Positions 17,007 through 26,575 of a stretch of 64,000 bases of DNA are shown here, one piece after another. The notes under the pieces are model-generated. The model worked only from the letters and a program-made list of their open reading frames with translations. It had not been told where the DNA came from and did not search any database. A program made the translations under genes and the position numbers. The stretch's first letter is position 1, and each line of letters begins with the position of its first letter. The DNA is from a virus: positions 64,001-128,000 of the IMG/VR virus record IMGVR_UViG_3300020057_000496; one strand, given 5' to 3'.

Positions 17007-17226
17007 GCTTGTTCAGGTGCTTGCCGTAACCAACTGGTACTCTAAATATAACAGTAAGCCCGCCCGGCTTCCAGGCATAAAGACGCCCACGCTTCAGGCT
17101 GTCCACATAGATAGTTTTTGTATGTGCGTCTATGTCGTCGCCGTGAGGGTCGGTATGAACCGGATACCATACCGCCAGGAAGACTGCCGAATCTCTTTTA
17201 TAATAACAGGACAAAGAATACAGCAT
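16984..17226 (-). CDS. Possible divergent array member (MLYSLSCYY...)
   Basis: MLY start with hairpin variant gtcgatacttcggc just upstream. Confidence 0.5.
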   Translation of the reverse strand: MLYSLSCYYKRDSAVFLAVWYPVHTDPHGDDIDAHTKTIYVDSLKRGRLYAWKPGGLTVIFRVPVGYGKHLNKRERQINK

Positions 17227-17272
17227 AAACAAGTCGATACTTCGGCCAGGGCGTACTCAGCAGTAAGTTATA

Positions 17273-18055
17273 CTAGATTTTGCCGTAGTCAGTAGTCCAT
17301 TCGTCGATACCGTTGACGGACTCTTGCCGGTAGTCATCGAAGAGTGCCGGCCATGTCTTGACACAGATCTTGGCGACTTCGTTGAAGACGAGCCGGATTT
17401 CTTCTTCGGCGTGGCGACTTGTCCGCATCTCGATCACATGCCGGAGTGTTCGAATATTAGCAGACCACCCGACGGTAGTAGCCAGGCCCTCGGGCGCGAT
17501 CCGGCGCATAGCCGAAGTAATTTCCTTCTTGAGAGAGAAGTTCTTCATGTTATCCAGGTCAAAGATCTGGGCAAGCTCGATCTGCATGTCTTCACATAAG
17601 GCTGCGATCTTTTCGAACCTTTCCATAGCTTGTACGTTCTGCTCGATGACAGTCGGAATGAACATCCTTAACTTATCAAGTCGAACATACCGGAGGCTCT
17701 CTTGAGATATCGCGGTGCCGACACGATGACGCACCAGCTCATGGGTGGTGACCCTAGAGATGTTATGTAGGACGAAGTTCCCCGTAACGTGTTCTGTCAG
17801 ACTCCCGTGCTTGCTTGATTTGATGTTTGAAAGATAGTCGTTAATATCAGTACGAACCCGCGTTACGTTTGGATTTAGTCCGACCAAAAACGAGCGATAG
17901 CAAACGCGCCCGTAGAATTCGACTAGTTCTTCGCCGTCAGTCAAGGCAGACGACTCGTAATCAGCAGCGTCGATTTCGGCCAGGAATCTGTTTATTTCAT
18001 CATGGTCAATTGTGGTCTGGCCGACGAGAAATACGGAAGGAGTAACATGTTTCAT
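17273..18055 (-). CDS. thyX: FAD-dependent thymidylate synthase
   Basis: ThyX motif HELVRHRVGTAISQESLRY; HAEEEIR. Confidence 0.95.
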   Translation of the reverse strand: MKHVTPSVFLVGQTTIDHDEINRFLAEIDAADYESSALTDGEELVEFYGRVCYRSFLVGLNPNVTRVRTDINDYLSNIKSSKHGSLTEHVTGNFVLHNISRVTTHELVRHRVGTAISQESLRYVRLDKLRMFIPTVIEQNVQAMERFEKIAALCEDMQIELAQIFDLDNMKNFSLKKEITSAMRRIAPEGLATTVGWSANIRTLRHVIEMRTSRHAEEEIRLVFNEVAKICVKTWPALFDDYRQESVNGIDEWTTDYGKI

Positions 18056-18415
18056 TTAATCGTCCGTCCTTGGCTTCCGCCCGAACTTCTTCTTCAGCTT
18101 ACGGTACAGCTCTACTTCGGCCTGGCGCTTATCACGGGCACGTTTTGCGCGCAGGTCCAGGGCATCCTTACGTTTGACTACATCTTCGTCCAGGCGGGCC
18201 TGGATTTCTGACTCGGTTAAATCCCGGTGGTACGAGCAGACAACGTCGGCGTGATCCACGTCATAGCTGTAGATTTTCACTGAGGCGTCAGCACATACGT
18301 AGCCGTCCATCTCTCGCTTAAGACTGGAGACCATTTCCAGGAGGTAGGACAGTGGGTGCCTCCCGCGCAACGTAAGTGTTCTGGACACCTCGACGCTTGT
18401 GTCCTTAGCTTTCAT
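18056..18415 (-). CDS. Hypothetical protein
   Basis: ORF abutting thyX, ggggaa RBS. Confidence 0.6.
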   Translation of the reverse strand: MKAKDTSVEVSRTLTLRGRHPLSYLLEMVSSLKREMDGYVCADASVKIYSYDVDHADVVCSYHRDLTESEIQARLDEDVVKRKDALDLRAKRARDKRQAEVELYRKLKKKFGRKPRTDD

Positions 18416-18624
18416 CTAATTCCCCTATTATATCGTCTATGTGTTCTCGAACGTACGCAATGAATTCCCTGTCCACTGCCGTTAGTTGCGCGGCGACGTG
18501 TGACGGCGGCAAATAGTTACGTATGAAGTGGTATTCTATGTCCCCCCACGGGCCAGGAGTAATCTTGCCACGGAATTCAAGTAACGCCAGGCGTAGGCTT
18601 GTTGTCGAGTCCGTACCGGACTCC

Positions 18625-19653
18625 TTAGCGCTGCACGAGCATGAAATCCGGCGTTACCTTCTTCGGGAACATCACGGCAACGAGCACGTTGTCAAGATAA
18701 ATAGAAACGACCCCGCCTTCCGGGACAATCGGGAGGTCGGTATAGGACCCAACGATTCTGGTTGCCAGCGTTGACTGCTTGACTATGCCCACAAGCGAAC
18801 CCTCAATCACCCTGTTCGAGCCATAGACGATCCGGACCACCTGTGGATTCTGGCCCGGAAGAGTCTCCAGGTTGAATTTTAACTTGCCATTTTTATTTAG
18901 ATTAATTCGAACCTTTGTCAGGAGTGTGGCGGGTTCGGGGCAGAGTGGGCCAATCATGAGTGGCCATTTGGGGTTCGGGAACGTCATAGTGGCATCGGAG
19001 TTCCGGAGCGTGAAACGGACTTCGGTGCAGCCTTGAGGTTCGGGGACAGCGGCGCGGAAGACCCCGTAGGTCGGTGTACCTTCGTACAGGGCGAGTGTCA
19101 GGCGGTGGGTCCCGACGTCAACATAGGCGGACTGTGGTTTGGTTGTTCCTTGGTAAGTCAGCCAGGCATAGCCGTCATATATGGCCCCGGAGATAACTGG
19201 AGTGCCTACCGGGTACATGTAGCGAAACCCGAAATCTACGATCCCTTCGTTGAAGTAGCCGTAGGCGGTCGGTCGTGGGATATTGCTCTCGCCGAATTCG
19301 AGATATCCGCCGAGCATAGTCGCACGATGGCTGGGACTGTCAAGCCAGGCATCAACCATATCCTGAACACCGAACCCAAGAGCCCAGATCTCGCCGCCGC
19401 CGAAGTAGCCGGGGTAGAAGCGGTCAAATCGCCGCTTGAGTGTTTCGCCTTGGCAGGACTCGTGTGCCTCGAAGCAGCCGAAATGTTGGTGGTTCTGGCC
19501 CAGCACGGCAGCGGCTTGCTGTAGGTCGTGATTGACCCGCAGCGAACCCGGCACGCCGAGCTTGATCCGTTGACGGTTGATCTCCGTCAAGAGGGAATAA
19601 GCCCCGGCCTGAACCGGCAAAGCGAGCAGCAAGAGTAAGATAACATACTTCAT
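18625..19653 (-). CDS. Secreted CAP/SCP-domain protein
   Basis: Signal peptide; EINRQR...LQQAA...GEIWA...MVDAWLDSPSHRATML. Confidence 0.8.
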   Translation of the reverse strand: MKYVILLLLLALPVQAGAYSLLTEINRQRIKLGVPGSLRVNHDLQQAAAVLGQNHQHFGCFEAHESCQGETLKRRFDRFYPGYFGGGEIWALGFGVQDMVDAWLDSPSHRATMLGGYLEFGESNIPRPTAYGYFNEGIVDFGFRYMYPVGTPVISGAIYDGYAWLTYQGTTKPQSAYVDVGTHRLTLALYEGTPTYGVFRAAVPEPQGCTEVRFTLRNSDATMTFPNPKWPLMIGPLCPEPATLLTKVRINLNKNGKLKFNLETLPGQNPQVVRIVYGSNRVIEGSLVGIVKQSTLATRIVGSYTDLPIVPEGGVVSIYLDNVLVAVMFPKKVTPDFMLVQR

Positions 19654-19753
19654 AGGGTTCCCTCAGATTGTTCCGTAACCGTCTTGATTTTGGAATCATA
19701 CTCTTTAAGTGACGGAAAGTAAAGAGAAAAAGGCGTGGCCGTGCATAAAACAC

Positions 19754-19782
19754 TTGACAGAGACGAGTCCTGGTGGTAGGTT
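19754..19782 (+). promoter_or_regulatory. Putative sigma70 promoter (possibly leaderless mRNA)
   Basis: TTGACA-17 nt-TAGGTT, ATG 5 nt downstream. Confidence 0.45.
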
Positions 19783-19787
19783 CCGGC

Positions 19788-20081
19788 ATGGCACAATTAC
19801 AACGGGCAGCGGAACACCGGAACGCCAGGCTGGAGCGGAAGGTGCGTGAGCTTGCCAAGGTAATCGGCATGCGCAGCAGCTACGGCGTGATGCGGTTCGG
19901 CGGCTTCGAGGGGCACAAGTTCCCGACCTACCGGTCGTTCGGCGATTTCCTGGTCCGCCAGGGCTTCTTACGGGAAGAGGGGCGGGAATTCGTCCTGGCG
20001 TACACGCTGCCGACGCCTGCTCCTCCGCAGGCGCCGTCTACCAAGACGGTCGGCTGGCATCCGGCCCAGTTGCGGCCTTAG
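19788..20081 (+). CDS. Hypothetical protein
   Basis: ORF downstream of promoter. Confidence 0.55.
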   Translation: MAQLQRAAEHRNARLERKVRELAKVIGMRSSYGVMRFGGFEGHKFPTYRSFGDFLVRQGFLREEGREFVLAYTLPTPAPPQAPSTKTVGWHPAQLRP

Positions 20082-20282
20082 TAGCTCCAAAGTGCAAATG
20101 TCCGGTTTCTCCAATTTAGAAATGTCCTGTTCCGGGCCACACGGGTGGCATGACGGAGCACGTGACATTGAGGTCGCCGCTCGCATCATGCACCTCACCT
20201 GGAACCCAGTCACCCTGCCCGAGGCAGAGGATGTTCATGCGCGTGTCGGACAGGCTCCACGCCCCGTCGGGAGGGCGGTCTG

Positions 20283-20858
20283 ATGGCCCTGGCACCGTCC
20301 AGCAGGCACCATGAAGGGCTCAAGGCCGCCCGGCTGCTGATGGTGCTCAGCAGCATCTCGCCGCTCTTCATCCTGTGGGCGCTCCGCGGGAACAGCCTCA
20401 TCCCGGACCGCTGGTTCATTGGCTTCTGCGGGCTGATGGTTGTCGTCCCGAACGCCTTCCTTTGGCTGCGAATTCGAACGGCGAAGAAGCAGGCCGACAA
20501 GCGCGATCTCACGGTGGGCACGGCCGACGACCGCCGCGACCACATCCTCGGGTACCTGTTCGCGATGTTGCTGCCGTTCTACTCCGAGGACCTCGGCACC
20601 TGGCGCGACCTCGGCGCGACGGTCGCCGCGCTGGCGTTCATCGTGTTCCTGTTCTGGCACCTGAACCTGCACTACATGAACCTGATCTTCGCAGCGCGTG
20701 GGCTCCGGGTCTTCACGGTGTACCCGCCGGCCGATGGGAACGCGCTCACCGGGAAGACCCGTTACGCCCTTATCACGCGCCGGGTCAGCCTGGCATCCGG
20801 CGAGCGGCTCGTCGCCTACCGGTTGAGCGATACCGTGTATCTGGAGGCCGACGCATGA
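20283..20858 (+). CDS. kwaA: KwaA-like multi-TM protein of the Kiwa anti-phage system
   Basis: About 4 hydrophobic helices, LSSISPLFILW...YLFAMLLPF...LHYMNLIF..G.RVF pattern; followed by overlapping KwaB-like start. Confidence 0.65.
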   Translation: MALAPSSRHHEGLKAARLLMVLSSISPLFILWALRGNSLIPDRWFIGFCGLMVVVPNAFLWLRIRTAKKQADKRDLTVGTADDRRDHILGYLFAMLLPFYSEDLGTWRDLGATVAALAFIVFLFWHLNLHYMNLIFAARGLRVFTVYPPADGNALTGKTRYALITRRVSLASGERLVAYRLSDTVYLEADA

Positions 20859-21004
20859 AGTTGGAGTTCGACCTCGGGAACGTGACGGTCACGGAGTTCG
20901 GCGTCGGGCGCGACGAAGGCAACGGGCAATCCTTCGTCGCGGTGCCGGTGGATCTGATGGCGTCCCACAAGTCGGCGCTGGACACGGCGAGGGGGCCCTG
21001 GTAG
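20855..21004 (+). pseudogene. N-terminal fragment of KwaB-like protein
   Basis: MKLEFDLGNVTVTEFGVGRDEGNGQSFVAVPVD then early stop; ATGA overlap with kwaA. Confidence 0.5.
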
Positions 21005-21123
21005 ACGGGATGCGTGGCTGGGGGGCCGCATCAGGGGCCGATTTACATAATCTGGATGTATCGGACAGCAGCGCCGCTTGTAGTTCGGTCGTCGTCATGT
21101 TCGCCACTCCTTCTGCCAATGCC

Positions 21124-21440
21124 CTACGCAGCAAACACTTCCTCAAGCTCAAGCTGCAGTGCTGGTGTTTTCTTGCCCAGGCCGACCACAGCGGCCAGCT
21201 CATCGGCGGGGACGTTGGCCAGTTCCTTCGGTTCGAGCTTGTGCATTCCGCCGCCGTACACGCGGCCATTGCCGAGCAGCGTTTCCCTATCTACCGCGTT
21301 GAGAGCCTTCCACAGTGGGCGCAGCGCCGCAGGGTCGCGGGCAAGTTCCTTCGCCAGCAGTGGCTTCGGGTAGAGGCACAAATAGACGTTCGTGGCTGTC
21401 GCTTTGCTGTTGTTGAGCAGGAAGCGGAACGGTCGCCTCA
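21124..21440 (-). pseudogene. C-terminal fragment of an N6-adenine methyltransferase (XamI/Eco57I-like)
   Basis: RPFRFLLNNSKATATNVYLCLYP...GRVYGGGMHKLEPKELAN. Confidence 0.7.
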
Positions 21441-21542
21441 CGACAACACGGCGTGCACGGAAGGCAACAACATCGAGGACAAGTACCGCCGCGCAGGGAC
21501 CGACAACCGGCGACGGTGCCATTCCTGTACTGACCTGGCTCG

Positions 21543-21947
21543 CTAAGCCCGCTGTCGGCGCCTGACGTCGCCGAGCTGACCTGACCTCTCCGCCTGCTGC
21601 TGGAGCCTCTTGAGGCGCCACAGCGGGCGGAAGGTCAGGTACCAGTCGGGACCAGTCAGTTCGCCATCCTCGACGCTCCAAGCTCTTCGAAGCTCGGCAA
21701 CAGGTAGGGCATGCTCCATGGCGACGTTAAACGCCCGGAACCCCTCGGTCGCCGTTCCGGCAAACCGAATAGTCGGCTCGCGATACGCGTGCCCCGCGCC
21801 CCCCTGGCAAGACTCGATCGTGCACACTCCGGCATCACGAAGAACTTTCACCGCGTAGCCGATCCACCGATCTAGCGGGAGATCGACGCCAACCTCGCGA
21901 TGGTAGGACGGAGCGTCCGTCAGTTCTGCAACCTGCTTCGGCGTCAC
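21543..21947 (-). CDS. Conserved hypothetical protein
   Basis: LDRWIGYAVKVLRDAGVCTIESCQGGAGHAY; start uncertain (GTG 21947). Confidence 0.6.
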   Translation of the reverse strand: MTPKQVAELTDAPSYHREVGVDLPLDRWIGYAVKVLRDAGVCTIESCQGGAGHAYREPTIRFAGTATEGFRAFNVAMEHALPVAELRRAWSVEDGELTGPDWYLTFRPLWRLKRLQQQAERSGQLGDVRRRQRA

Positions 21948-21964
21948 GGTCGGTTCATCGGCCG

Positions 21965-22100
21965 GCAGCCGATTTCGCCTCGAAGAACAGCGGGAAGTCA
22001 CCGGCCTTGCCTGCCTTCGGCATGACGACCGCATCAATAGGGATGTTGACTGACTTCAGGCCGCCTTCCAGCTTCACCGGCACATTCTTACGAAAGCTGG
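21965..22100 (-). pseudogene. Internal fragment of XamI-family restriction endonuclease
   Basis: SFRKNVPVKLEGGLKSVNIPIDAVVMPK...PLFFEAKSA (PD...EAK). Confidence 0.55.
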
Positions 22101-22130
22101 CAGGAGGCCTTCCACTTTGCGTTGACAGCC

Positions 22131-23006
22131 TTAGTGCCAGTTTGCGGACAGCCACGCCTCGGCCGATTCAAGGCTGAGGTCGTCGGCGTGTTCGACTAGC
22201 TCGGGGACGGCCCGCGTGTCGTCTATCGCAATTTGGCGTGGTAAAACTGGATCGAGGCGGAAGTAGTGTTCTCTCAGGACGCGTGAGCACTGGTAGTGCG
22301 CAACGTCCACCGTCCCTTCCATTGCCATGTTGGTGGCATAACGCATCCAGCGCGCAAGCCCCCAGTCCAACGCATCCCCGACAAGCCCCTGACTTAGTCT
22401 GCCGGTAGACAGGGACAGTAACCTGATCTGGTCAAAGCTACAGCCGATCGTCCCTTGGTCGAGTGCTTGGGCCAGGGCACACATAGCCGGGTTGTTCGCC
22501 ACAATGCCGCCGTCGATGAAGCCCTGGTAGGAAGGGAAGTAAGACGGCGCTGCCGTGGTGCGCAACAAGACATCGACAATCTTTTCGTCCAGGTTCGAAT
22601 TGTCCAAATTATGGAAGAACTTAGGTTTCCATGTTTGGCCGTCGTCGGACATCAAGTCAAACGTCGGAATAAGCACACGTCGTTCTAGGTCGCGAAGGGT
22701 ATGCTCCCCGAAGATGTTCCTCATCTCGACAATGAGGTTCCTGTTGTCGTACTGTGAAGAGAACAGTCCGCCGATCACGCGGTGTACTACGGTCGGCTGG
22801 TAGAACACCTTATTACTGAGACTCCAGTAGAAGTTAACCAGGTCACTGGCCCGGAGGCCGAACGCCAGCCCGACTACTACGATAGCGCCGGTAGATGTTC
22901 CGGCATACAAGTCAGCGGCTGGTGAACCAAGTCGGTCGATCAATCTTGCGGGCAGCACGCCACGTACGCCGCCGCCGTCTATGGAAAGAATCTTAAACTT
23001 GTTCAT
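22131..23006 (-). CDS. Patatin-like phospholipase
   Basis: DGGGVRG, GTSTG, AAPSYFP, DGG motifs. Confidence 0.92.
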   Translation of the reverse strand: MNKFKILSIDGGGVRGVLPARLIDRLGSPAADLYAGTSTGAIVVVGLAFGLRASDLVNFYWSLSNKVFYQPTVVHRVIGGLFSSQYDNRNLIVEMRNIFGEHTLRDLERRVLIPTFDLMSDDGQTWKPKFFHNLDNSNLDEKIVDVLLRTTAAPSYFPSYQGFIDGGIVANNPAMCALAQALDQGTIGCSFDQIRLLSLSTGRLSQGLVGDALDWGLARWMRYATNMAMEGTVDVAHYQCSRVLREHYFRLDPVLPRQIAIDDTRAVPELVEHADDLSLESAEAWLSANWH

Positions 23007-23631
23007 TCCCCGATTGTATCACTGGAGGGGAAGAAGTCTCCCACAGCTTCGTTACGGTTGCGAATGCATCTTTCCCGTAACGTTTAATGAACCACGGATG
23101 CCAGAATACATTCTGTGGGTCCAGTGACTCAACAAACTTCGCCCGACCTTCGGCCCATTGTTCGTCGGTTAGGTGTCGGTACTCCTGCCGGATCTTAGCC
23201 GTTGTTTCCAGTACAGACTCGTATGAAGCTGCGAAGTACACATGGTTCAGGTCGTGGTTGATTTTTCCGGCAATTGTTCGACCGACATACCCCGGCTGGG
23301 TACTCAAGATAGGATCTACCGCTATCATGTCCCCAAGAATGGCAATCGATATTCCGGCCGACAGGGCCTCGTTACCGGAGAACTCCGCGTCGTAGTAGCA
23401 GTTGTGAAGCATCCAGGAGATACGCTGCACGGGGAGAACGGGAGTTTCACGTTCCATCTCCAGTAGGGTATCCAGCCCGACAAAGATGCGTTCCTTGTTG
23501 TGGTACTCTCGGCCTGGCTCGTCGTACATGTCCCCAACGGTAGTCGCCAGGCTATGTGCCCATTCCGGGAGATCGCAGTACTTCTCCATATCCTTCAGTG
23601 CGCGCGTTAATTCAAAGTCCCAACTTCTCAC
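22993..23631 (-). CDS. HD-superfamily phosphohydrolase-like protein (COG4339-like, degenerate HN)
   Basis: YDEPGREYHN...LHNCYYD...NEALSA...IRQEY...GRAKFV. Confidence 0.7.
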   Translation of the reverse strand: MRSWDFELTRALKDMEKYCDLPEWAHSLATTVGDMYDEPGREYHNKERIFVGLDTLLEMERETPVLPVQRISWMLHNCYYDAEFSGNEALSAGISIAILGDMIAVDPILSTQPGYVGRTIAGKINHDLNHVYFAASYESVLETTAKIRQEYRHLTDEQWAEGRAKFVESLDPQNVFWHPWFIKRYGKDAFATVTKLWETSSPPVIQSGNEQV

Positions 23632-23660
23632 TATTTACTCCAGGTATGCTATAGTAAATC

Positions 23661-24143
23661 ATGGGCACGACGCTCCACATACTGATCTGGGTCTTTTTTC
23701 ACCCCGGATGGACGGACCTGGACCGAGACAAGCTAAACACGCGCCATGAGGCACTGGTTGAGTTTTCTTTAGTCGAACCAGTTATCGCCTGTCGCGAGAC
23801 ATGTTCAGTTACGGGCGGACTCTGGCTTGATCCCTATTCGAACCAACTCTTCACTGACCCGCGCCTGCTGGACATTGACCATGTCGTGCCGCTCAAGGAG
23901 GCATACCGGTCCGGCGGCAACCTATGGACGCGCCGGAAGTTCGCACAGTTCGCGAATGACCCCGACAATCTACTCGCAGTATCTGCGTCGCTGAACCGAG
24001 CCAAGGGGGACAGGGAACCCGGAGCCTGGCCCTCACCGGCCATCAAGCAGCAGTCCCCATACTGGTGCGGAGAATACGTCGATCTCTACTTACGTATCAA
24101 AAAGAAATGGGGACTACGAGCCGACGCTCGCGATCGTTGCTGA
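23661..24143 (+). CDS. DUF1524-type HNH endonuclease
   Basis: LDIDHVVPL...FANDPDNLLAVSASLNRAKGD. Confidence 0.85.
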   Translation: MGTTLHILIWVFFHPGWTDLDRDKLNTRHEALVEFSLVEPVIACRETCSVTGGLWLDPYSNQLFTDPRLLDIDHVVPLKEAYRSGGNLWTRRKFAQFANDPDNLLAVSASLNRAKGDREPGAWPSPAIKQQSPYWCGEYVDLYLRIKKKWGLRADARDRC

Positions 24144-24156
24144 GTCGATACCTCGA

Positions 24157-24654
24157 CTAGAGAATACTTCCGAGACGAACCGCGCCTCGCAAGTCGAGAA
24201 CACAAAATTGTCCACCCCAGTCGGTGTAGACAATTCGCTTGATTCCGGCCGCTTGTGCGGCACGGAAACAAGCGGAGCACGGCCGACTGACCCCGAGCGT
24301 CTGGTCGGCCAGCTTCCTGACGACGACCAACGTTGCGCCGACCGTACCAACGCCGGTTCTCCTGGCCCGATCCAGCGCGTGAGCTTCCGCATGCACTTGC
24401 CGAAACGGGCCGTGACTCCGTGAGTGTGTCTTGGTGTAGTTACGACCACTGCCGATGACTGTCCGATTCTGGACGACAGCCGCACCCATCTTCGCAGTCC
24501 GATGCTTGGCGCCCTCAGATGCAAGTAAAGCCGCCCGAAGAATCCGCTTGATCGCATTGTGCCCCCACCCGATGCCAGCCAACTGGCCTAGTTGCAGTTG
24601 CGAGAAACGCAACTGATTCGTCGCGGAAAACAACTTCTTCTGTTCCGAGTTCAA
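24157..24654 (-). CDS. Cytidine/dCMP deaminase-family protein
   Basis: HAE ... PCSAC zinc motifs. Confidence 0.85.
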   Translation of the reverse strand: MNSEQKKLFSATNQLRFSQLQLGQLAGIGWGHNAIKRILRAALLASEGAKHRTAKMGAAVVQNRTVIGSGRNYTKTHSRSHGPFRQVHAEAHALDRARRTGVGTVGATLVVVRKLADQTLGVSRPCSACFRAAQAAGIKRIVYTDWGGQFCVLDLRGAVRLGSIL

Positions 24655-24795
24655 GGTAGTAGACCCTTGGCGCCCCCCTGGCGTGACACCCGGATGCTTG
24701 TAGCTGGGCGTGAATGTGACTTTCTGCCAGGAGGGACCCCGGCGGAATTATTTCCAGGCTCAATCGAGTACCAAAGAATAAAATCACGGGGCTCC

Positions 24796-25179
24796 TTAGA
24801 TTTGTCTGCGGGACGCATGCAGCACGACTGCTCGACCGCCCCTAGCCGCGCGGCGCGCGACCCTACGGAGTTGTTCGATATTGAAGTCAAACAGCTCACA
24901 GACCGACACGAAGGTAAACGTACTCGCTCGACTAGCTGAGTCGAACCACGCCAGTGCCTCGCGTCGGCACCTAGCGGCGGCGGCTGGCTCCTTCCTACTC
25001 TGTACCGTCAGCGCGTCGAACGCTTCTTCGAGCACCGCAAGATACAGCTTGAACTGCGGGTACTCGTCTCGAAGCGACAGCGCGACCAGCTCCTCGCGAG
25101 GACAGAAGCACTCAAAGAAAGGCAAATCCTCGCCTTCAACCGGAGCCCTTACTGGTTCCACAACCACAAACACAACCAC
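24796..25179 (-). CDS. Hypothetical protein, paralogous to the C-terminal domains of 32241 and 42360
   Basis: LYLAVLEEA...ALAWF...FTFVSVCELF. Confidence 0.6.
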   Translation of the reverse strand: MVVFVVVEPVRAPVEGEDLPFFECFCPREELVALSLRDEYPQFKLYLAVLEEAFDALTVQSRKEPAAAARCRREALAWFDSASRASTFTFVSVCELFDFNIEQLRRVARRAARGGRAVVLHASRRQI

Positions 25180-25489
25180 CCCCTGCCAGGCTATGCCTGG
25201 CTATCCGGGACCTAGCTGACATCCTCCCCTCCCTAAAGGACGGGGCCTGCGCTCGCTGTCGGTCACCCCCCTGGTTTCCACAACCGAAATTGCCGAAACC
25301 TCAACCGTCCTATCACGAGAATTTGAGCCGCGCAAGCGGTATTTGGGCCAACCGGAAACTGCGGGTTTGCCTTTTAATGCAAACCCCCTGACCGGCCGGT
25401 TAGCTTACCGCAAGTTTCGCTCGCCGGCTACCGCTGACGAATATCTTCGCCCTGAAGAACGGGGCTACGCTCGCAAGCAGACCAGTTAC

Positions 25490-25900
25490 CTACGCAGCGA
25501 CATGCTCCTCTGGTTCCCACACGAACGCCGCAGTGCCCAGGTCTAGTTCCTCGGTGTCGGTCTGGAGAGTTACGTAAAGACGCCGCAAGCCTTCCGGCGT
25601 GACACAGCCACCGAACGGAGTAAGTAGGTCGGCGCGTGGGCGTGCAATTTGCGCCAGCGCGCGGTCTACCGCTTCAAGTGGCCGCATGCCGTTCGCAAGC
25701 TTGACTTCGTTCAGGACTGGCGTAAATATCTTGATCCAGTCTTTCCCACGAATTGCCATATAGATCAAGAAGTGCGCGGCGGTCAGACTGTTGCGCCATT
25801 CTTCATCTTGCCAGGCACGTCGCCAGTGCGCCTCTAGCTTATCGAAGCCGTCCGGTTGTTCGAAAAACGTAACTGTGATTTGTTTTCCTAATGTAAACAC
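25490..25900 (-). CDS. Hypothetical protein
   Basis: Likely GTG start at 25900 after aggag RBS. Confidence 0.55.
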   Translation of the reverse strand: MFTLGKQITVTFFEQPDGFDKLEAHWRRAWQDEEWRNSLTAAHFLIYMAIRGKDWIKIFTPVLNEVKLANGMRPLEAVDRALAQIARPRADLLTPFGGCVTPEGLRRLYVTLQTDTEELDLGTAAFVWEPEEHVAA

Positions 25901-26287
25901 ATTATCTCCTATGGTTAGGTGTCCCGCCAAGATAGTCCTGTCGCAACTTGGCCCGCCTCGCCCGACTGGTCGCGCGTGACTCGATAAACTCCGCACTCCG
26001 GCGGGTCCGTTTTGTATTCCTTGCGAGCAATACGGTGACTGTGGCAAATCCGGCAATACCGCCCAAGAACAGTGCGATAATTCCCGGACTCGGCACGTCG
26101 CCATGTTTTGGTGCCACTGGGCTAGGAGCGGCAGCCGACGCAACGACCGTTTGTTCTTGAGCAACGGGGACGTGCGGTGCTTCGTCGCTTGCTGAGGCTA
26201 GTGCTCCATGCAGCAAGAGAAACATGGCGAAAGAGAGAAGAAAACTCACGCAACCTCCTGAATCTACTGGTTGGTCGTACTAGTTAT

Positions 26288-26575
26288 TTACGTATCGAGG
26301 CCGTACGTGGCAGATACAACTCTTCCTATAACAATATCGCCCCTTTCGAACTTTTGGCACTTCTCTAGCTCGCTCGGGAGTTGAGCGGCAATACTCTTCA
26401 GCCAGTCGGCAAGCTCTCCCAACACGGAGATCGGAATGGTAATACTATTGTCCCCTTGTTTGAAAGCCAGGCCGCCAATAACTGGATACAGGACGTGGTA
26501 TTCCCTGTTATTGACGACGAGATAGAAATCTAATACCGGACTACGTATAATTCCACCGTCTACTGCTACCATCAA
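26288..26575 (-). CDS. Hypothetical protein
   Basis: Start overlaps AAA stop. Confidence 0.55.
   Translation of the reverse strand: MMVAVDGGIIRSPVLDFYLVVNNREYHVLYPVIGGLAFKQGDNSITIPISVLGELADWLKSIAAQLPSELEKCQKFERGDIVIGRVVSATYGLDT

Noticed and set aside
22131-23006. Complete CBASS system
   Set aside because: Patatin present but no CD-NTase or ancillary cap genes recognisable
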